Part shown: positions 60,001-64,000 of the stretch, one piece after another | Layout of the letters: each line of letters begins with the position of its first letter | How positions within the stretch are numbered: position 1 is the first letter of the stretch | Source of the DNA: Calditrichaceae bacterium | GTDB lineage: Bacteria; Calditrichota; Calditrichia; Calditrichales; JBFXGD01 | DNA: 64,000 nucleotides | NCBI GenBank assembly: GCA_050173015.1 | Contig: JBFXLE010000006.1 | Span: 1 to 64,000, forward strand | Reading direction: 5' to 3' | Position numbers and translations under genes: made by a program | Notes under the pieces: model-generated | Seen by the model: the letters and a program-made list of their open reading frames with translations, nothing else | What the model was told of the DNA's origin: nothing | Database searches by the model: none

Positions 60001-60591
60001 CGTTACAGAGATGACCGTTCTAATCAATATCTCGATCCCGGTGAAAATGAGGATCAGCTTCTCATCGAACGGGGAATCAGGGCGGACTGGAGAATCATAT
60101 CAGACCTGAAGAGCCAGACAGAATTCAGTCAGAAACTCACAACAAGAGAAAGCCGGTCCAACACATTCCGAAACAGGGATATATTTGGCTGGTATGTGAA
60201 TCAGAAATTTTCTTATCGACCGACTGATCGTTGGGAATTTGGTATAGAGCCGGAATATGGCAGGGAGCATAATTATGTCACAACTTATCCGCTTGTTTTG
60301 TGGTTTGGGGTTCTTAGAAACAGGATTAACTATTCCATCCCGGCAAAAGGAAGGATAAGCGCGGAATATGAATATCAGACCGTAAACACGCTCGATAATC
60401 CTCTTAATCTCTCCGTACCTTATGAGATGGCAAACGGCAAAAAAGAAGGCATATCTAAAAAATGGCAGCTGAGAGCGGAATACACAGTGGCAAAGAATAT
60501 CGTCTTTACACTTTTCTATAACGGGCGCGATGACGCGAGCGCGAAGAATATCATCCACACAGGACAGGCTGAAATCCGGGCATTTTTTTAG
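57040..60591 (+). CDS. Large outer-membrane protein, unknown function
   Basis: Signal peptide, beta-strand rich, C-terminal Phe; block AGTERVWVDG..M.RG..NDYVI.Y..G.VTF. Confidence 0.7.
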   Translation: MKQQSQFPRILLALVLAGTCFLFEKPTLAQTYIPSYRWQVDSLIVIDQSDFVFAFPETHRPLLQSLRIYKNSVLLREEMDYRVYEESLIRFFPPPSDSDTLIINYKRRPLDLKKKYYLFEKDTLRQQAPGDSLIAQKETVRLREIKFENPFTDFTPGLNKSGSIMRGVKIGTNQDLTLNSGLNLELSGQLTDNVEIIAALTDESTPIQPEGNTQTLDEVDKVFVEFRSPHIGGTVGDLNLTYENTQFANLSRKLQGITLNGTYDAHIAGATIATTRGYFNRNSLIGREGNQGPYQLTGKNGEREIIVLAGTERVWVDGQKMTRGESNDYVIEYGNGQVTFTNRRMITGDSRIEVDFEYFPATQDYSRNVYSGMIGGAAAEGKLNYRFQYYREFDDKDRVLEEGGTLTEEEKEILRQSGDDPLEAYTTGVTQVADSAGSYIKVDTLINNESYSYYKYVGSKAGNFSVIFSLVGSKKGDYSRDRLGVYRWVGIGKGEYLPRRFLPLPASHNLADAKISWNPGKHFSLNAEYALSQLDKNTFSSLDDNNNTGNALNVKSELNGIPVNIGSARLGVMDLSLDTRFIDDTFESVDRFNEPDYQRYWNLGTASGQSSEERSYQLNGNYRPMKTLKLTGNAGILDKTDFSSKRYMGRLNFEDKHLFTGNAKYEFVGSETGSGLTKDDWVRYEGDIKKDIWKIQPTLLYNYEQRQTDKNGTLTGFEFDDYGIRFGLIEMRYVSGYVQYNMREDAVYDIEDRGKLLPQSTTATRRFRIDLQNYEETSASLEIVQRDKDYKPFFENIKVDTLKLQYADASVQDTTWQDRETNLIDFNLTHSRWKKAVNFSMQYKISTEQTALKEKIYLDVGEGDGNLRYDEALDEYVPDPDGNYNLYIVPSDKFEPVTNLQTAFRVTYDPSKFWRRSTGNLIKILSNVSGESYFRVEEETRESDLTSIYTLNLSDFQGDQTIRGSIIYNQDLYLMRRNRDLSFRLRYRYRDDRSNQYLDPGENEDQLLIERGIRADWRIISDLKSQTEFSQKLTTRESRSNTFRNRDIFGWYVNQKFSYRPTDRWEFGIEPEYGREHNYVTTYPLVLWFGVLRNRINYSIPAKGRISAEYEYQTVNTLDNPLNLSVPYEMANGKKEGISKKWQLRAEYTVAKNIVFTLFYNGRDDASAKNIIHTGQAEIRAFF

Positions 60592-60772
60592 GCAGAAGTT
60601 GTATGGCCTTAATTTTTTAAATGTTTTCTGCCGCGATTAAATGCGGGAATTGATCGACAGGTACCAGTCAGCAATAAATTCACAGAAATTTCAATTTCCA
60701 AAATCCCAAACAAATGAAAGATTACCGATATTCAAACTCTTTTTTCTTTTGTCTTTTATCTTTTATCTTAAC

Positions 60773-60812
60773 ATTCTTACTTCTTACTTCTTACTTCCTA
60801 CTTCCTACTCTT
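60773..60812. repeat. Pyrimidine-rich heptamer run (CTTCTTA/CTTCCTA)
   Basis: TTCTTACTTCTTACTTCTTACTTCCTACTTCCTACT, the same family as at 42342-43040. Confidence 0.8.
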
Positions 60813-60924
60813 CCTCCTTTCCCTGTCGATAAAAGTTGATTTTTTGAAATTAATTCTTTAGCCTAACAGTTGTAAAAACTTTATTGATTTAAAGGTCTAT
60901 CTTATAAAATCCTTAGGAGTAAAA

Positions 60925-62160
60925 ATGAGCGCAAAAATCACTCAAAAAGAACTTGAAACATGGGCGGATTATCTGCTGGATTATTCGCTGGGAGGCGTGC
61001 AAAAAGAAGATGTCATAATGATAAAAGGGGAGCATATCACCTGGCCGCTCATGTCGGTATTACAAGATAAGATTTTCGCGGCGGGAGGGATTGCCGATAT
61101 AAATATTGTTCCTCCGGATAATGACCGGGGCAAGGTGTGGGGAGCATCGATGGCGCGTCACGGCTCTGTCGAACAAATCAAGCGTGTCCCTGCATGGCAT
61201 CAAGACCGTTACAACGCCATGACAAAATACATAGAAATTCTTGGCGCTGAGAATCCCGCTCTCTATTCCGGAGTACCCGATGAAACAGGCAAGGCCATAA
61301 TGCGCGTGGATGAACCGATAAAAAACATTCGTCTGATAAAACCGTGGGTTCTGACATTATTCCCGACGCAGGGATTTGCGGATATGGAGGGTATGTCTCT
61401 GGAAAAATATACCCGGGTGGTGGTAAATGCCTCCATGGTTGATCCGCGACTTCTGGATAATGTGGAAGAAGATATTTATCAATTGATGAACCGCAGCGCA
61501 AAAATCCGGATTGAGACAGAACATCCGCATACAGGAAAAATGCTGGAACTTAAGATGGATATAAATAAACGCAACGTCATCAAATGTACCGGTAAACGAA
61601 ATTTCCCTGACGGTGAAGTGTTTACAAGCCCCAACGCGCCTACCGTTGAAGGCGAGATCTTTGTTGACCTGCCGGTCTCATACGGCGGCACGACAATCCA
61701 GGGAATCCATCTCAAATTTGAAGGCGGAAAAATTGTTGATTATAAATCGGATAAGGGATTTGAAAACCTGAAAAAAATTATTGAAACGGATGAAGGTTCA
61801 CACCGTCTCGGTGAAGTCGCTTTAGGGATGAACAACGGTATCGAAGAGGTTCTAAAACACCCCTTATTTGTAGAGAAGGTCGGTGGGACATTGCACATCG
61901 CGATCGGGGCGAGTTATCCCGAGTGCTATGTTGGTGATCCCTCATCCGACGCGGGGAAATCTGAAGCGGATTCCTTTTTTAAACAGGGGATTCTAAACCG
62001 GTCGGCGCAGCATGTGGATATAGTGACAGATTTTCGTCCGGGTGGCTCAGGACGCGCTGTTTATCTGGATGATGTTAAACTGGAAATCCGTGATAATATC
62101 TGGGTGGTTCCGGAACAGCACAAAATAACCCGGAAATCGGAATCTGATTCAAAGTGGTAA
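60925..62160 (+). CDS. M29-family aminopeptidase (AmpS/AmpT-like)
   Basis: NFPDGEVFTSP, F..GKIV, ETDEG...LGEVALG, LF.EK.GGT.HIAIG.SY, S..HVD. Confidence 0.9.
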   Translation: MSAKITQKELETWADYLLDYSLGGVQKEDVIMIKGEHITWPLMSVLQDKIFAAGGIADINIVPPDNDRGKVWGASMARHGSVEQIKRVPAWHQDRYNAMTKYIEILGAENPALYSGVPDETGKAIMRVDEPIKNIRLIKPWVLTLFPTQGFADMEGMSLEKYTRVVVNASMVDPRLLDNVEEDIYQLMNRSAKIRIETEHPHTGKMLELKMDINKRNVIKCTGKRNFPDGEVFTSPNAPTVEGEIFVDLPVSYGGTTIQGIHLKFEGGKIVDYKSDKGFENLKKIIETDEGSHRLGEVALGMNNGIEEVLKHPLFVEKVGGTLHIAIGASYPECYVGDPSSDAGKSEADSFFKQGILNRSAQHVDIVTDFRPGGSGRAVYLDDVKLEIRDNIWVVPEQHKITRKSESDSKW

Positions 62161-62177
62161 AATCCGGTTTCATAAAT

Positions 62178-62215
62178 AAAAAAAGAGACGCCAAAAAACG
62201 CGTCTCTTTTTTTTT
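62178..62215. terminator. Bidirectional intrinsic terminator
   Basis: A7-GAGACGC-loop-GCGTCTC-T9 between convergent genes. Confidence 0.9.
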
Positions 62216-62228
62216 GCCCGATTTAATA

Positions 62229-63155
62229 TTAGTGTTCGAGAAATCTCTCCGCATCTAGAGCGGCCATACATCCCGATCCGGCAGCTGTAATTGCCTGGCG
62301 ATAGTATTTATCCTGAACATCGCCGCACGCAAAGACACCGGGAATATTAGTTTTGGTTGTACCGGGCTCGGTTAAGAGGTAGCCGACTTCATCGTGTTTA
62401 ATCTGATCCTTAAAAATTTGGGTGTTGGGGGTATGTCCGATTGCCATAAACACACCATCAACTTTCATCTCTGATGTTTTGCCGTTTACTGAATCCTTGA
62501 GTCTCACACCGGTCACAAATTCATCGCCCAAAATCTCATCGATGACTTTATTTAAGGCAAATTCTATTTTTGGATTATCTTCCGCCTTTTTCACCATGAT
62601 TTTTGATGCGCGGAATTCATCACGGCGATGCACAACAGTGACTTTTTTAGCAAACTTGGTGAGGAAAGTCGCTTCCTCCATGGCTGAGTCGCCACCGCCC
62701 ATTACGATGATCTCTTTATCTTTAAAGAAGAAACCGTCGCAGGTGGCGCATGCCGAAACACCGCGGCCCATTAATCTTTTTTCGGAATCGAGACCTAATA
62801 ATTTAGCGGAAGCTCCCGTTGAAATAATTACCGCATCGGCGGAATATGTGTTGCCCTCACCTTCAATGATGAAGGGGCGTTTGGAGAAATCGACTTTGGT
62901 AGCCATTTCAAATTTTGTTTCGGCGCCGAATTTCTGAGCCTGCGCGCGCATATCTTCCATAAGTTTTGGGCCCATGATGCCTTCGGGAAATCCGGGGAAG
63001 TTTTCAACGTCAGTTGTTATGGTCAGCTGGCCGCCCGGTTGTTGTCCTTCAAGCACAAGCGGTTTCAGATCGGCTCTTGCGTTGTATATGGCGGCAGTTA
63101 ATCCCGCGGGACCGGAACCAATAATAATGACTTTATAGTGTTTCATCTCAGACAT
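62229..63155 (-). CDS. trxB: Thioredoxin reductase
   Basis: GSGPAG, GGQL, ENFPGF, CATCDG, GGGDSA.EEA, HRRD, GDV.D..YRQA.TAAG.GC. Confidence 0.97.
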   Translation of the reverse strand: MSEMKHYKVIIIGSGPAGLTAAIYNARADLKPLVLEGQQPGGQLTITTDVENFPGFPEGIMGPKLMEDMRAQAQKFGAETKFEMATKVDFSKRPFIIEGEGNTYSADAVIISTGASAKLLGLDSEKRLMGRGVSACATCDGFFFKDKEIIVMGGGDSAMEEATFLTKFAKKVTVVHRRDEFRASKIMVKKAEDNPKIEFALNKVIDEILGDEFVTGVRLKDSVNGKTSEMKVDGVFMAIGHTPNTQIFKDQIKHDEVGYLLTEPGTTKTNIPGVFACGDVQDKYYRQAITAAGSGCMAALDAERFLEH

Positions 63156-63420
63156 GCTTCACTCCTTTAAATATTTTCATGTTCCGCTGACAATCGGTAA
63201 TATTTGTCGGTTGTTTAAAATATAACCACACTCAATTCTAATTGCCATAAATGTTTGCTCTCTTTTCTGTTTACCTTTTGATGCAAAATTTTTATATGAG
63301 TTACAATGTCATTTTCAGACACTTTTTAGATGTATTATATCCGAAAAAATTGCCGGAATGATCTGAATATTTTAAATTGATATGAATACTTTATTACAGA
63401 GTGATACAGGAGAATCCGGA

Positions 63421-64000
63421 ATGAATTTCTTAAAAAGTCACAAGACTGTTCTGTTATTTGTTTTGCTGATTCTGTTTTCTTGCGGGGTAAAAGATTCCGG
63501 TAATGTTAAAAGACCCGAATCAACGGTTGTTCACCCGGATTGGAGTTATAATAAAACCGTCTATGAAGTCAATATCCGGCAATTTTCCGAAAGCGGGACC
63601 TTCAAAGCCTTTGAACAACGATTACCCGAGCTGAAAGAGCTTGGCGTAGGGATTGTCTGGCTGATGCCGGTTCACCCGATTGGCGAGAAGAGTCGTAAGG
63701 GGAGTCTTGGATCATATTATTCGGTTCGGGATTATTACAAAGTCAATCCGGAATTTGGAACAGAGGATGATTTTAAAAGCCTGGTAAACAAGATTCATGA
63801 ACTGGGGATGTATGTTATTATCGACTGGGTAGCAAATCATACTGCGTGGGATAATTCATTGGTTGATGAACATCCTGACTGGTTCACAAGGGATGAAAAT
63901 AACAATCTTGTTTCGCCGGTGCCCGACTGGAGTGATGTAGTTGACCTTAATTATGAAAATAAAGAACTATGGGCCTATATGACCGATGCTCTAAAATTTT
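63421..64000 (+). CDS. GH13 alpha-amylase-family lipoprotein, partial
   Basis: Manual translation MNFLKSHK...LFSC...VYEVNIRQFS..GTF...LKELGV.IVWLMP.HPIG...GSYY...DY..VNPEFGT..DF..LV...H..GM.VI.DWVANHT; runs off the window end. Confidence 0.93.
   Translation, partial: MNFLKSHKTVLLFVLLILFSCGVKDSGNVKRPESTVVHPDWSYNKTVYEVNIRQFSESGTFKAFEQRLPELKELGVGIVWLMPVHPIGEKSRKGSLGSYYSVRDYYKVNPEFGTEDDFKSLVNKIHELGMYVIIDWVANHTAWDNSLVDEHPDWFTRDENNNLVSPVPDWSDVVDLNYENKELWAYMTDALKF

Noticed and set aside
2013-62937. Numerous short antisense or alternate-frame ORFs in the track (e.g. 3416-3907, 48021-48686, 62422-62937)
   Set aside because: They overlap well-supported genes and carry no recognisable motifs; treated as shadow ORFs.

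Overview
Bacterial chromosomal window, moderately AT-rich by eye. Gene content (T9SS-style C-terminal sorting-domain remnant, many lipoproteins and beta-barrels, Hanks kinase-TPR protein) suggests an FCB-related lineage such as Calditrichota/KSB1; this is inference. The left 37 kb is accessory DNA: an IS3 end that has disrupted a small beta-barrel gene, apbE with an nqrM-like gene, copA, a higBA-type TA pair between two ~86-bp direct repeats, dpaL, rnk, a decayed IS4 element and several pseudogenes. It also holds the most notable feature, a compact ~15.8-kb six-gene operon (16021-31825): double CbbX/SpoVK-type AAA+ ATPase, 2TM-RCK-RyR channel-like protein, DUF4062-STAND NTPase-TPR protein, membrane Ser/Thr kinase with N-terminal DxTIR(I/M)D repeats, Zn-ribbon triple AAA+ ATPase, and Zn-ribbon-FHA protein. 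I read it as a candidate conflict/anti-phage signalling system. The right 27 kb is mostly housekeeping: murB-murA, murI-like, nadCAB, argR, radical SAM-rne/rng-rplU-rpmA, aminopeptidase, trxB and a partial GH13 gene. No rRNA, tRNA or CRISPR array was recognised. All family calls come from motif recognition by eye, not database searches.
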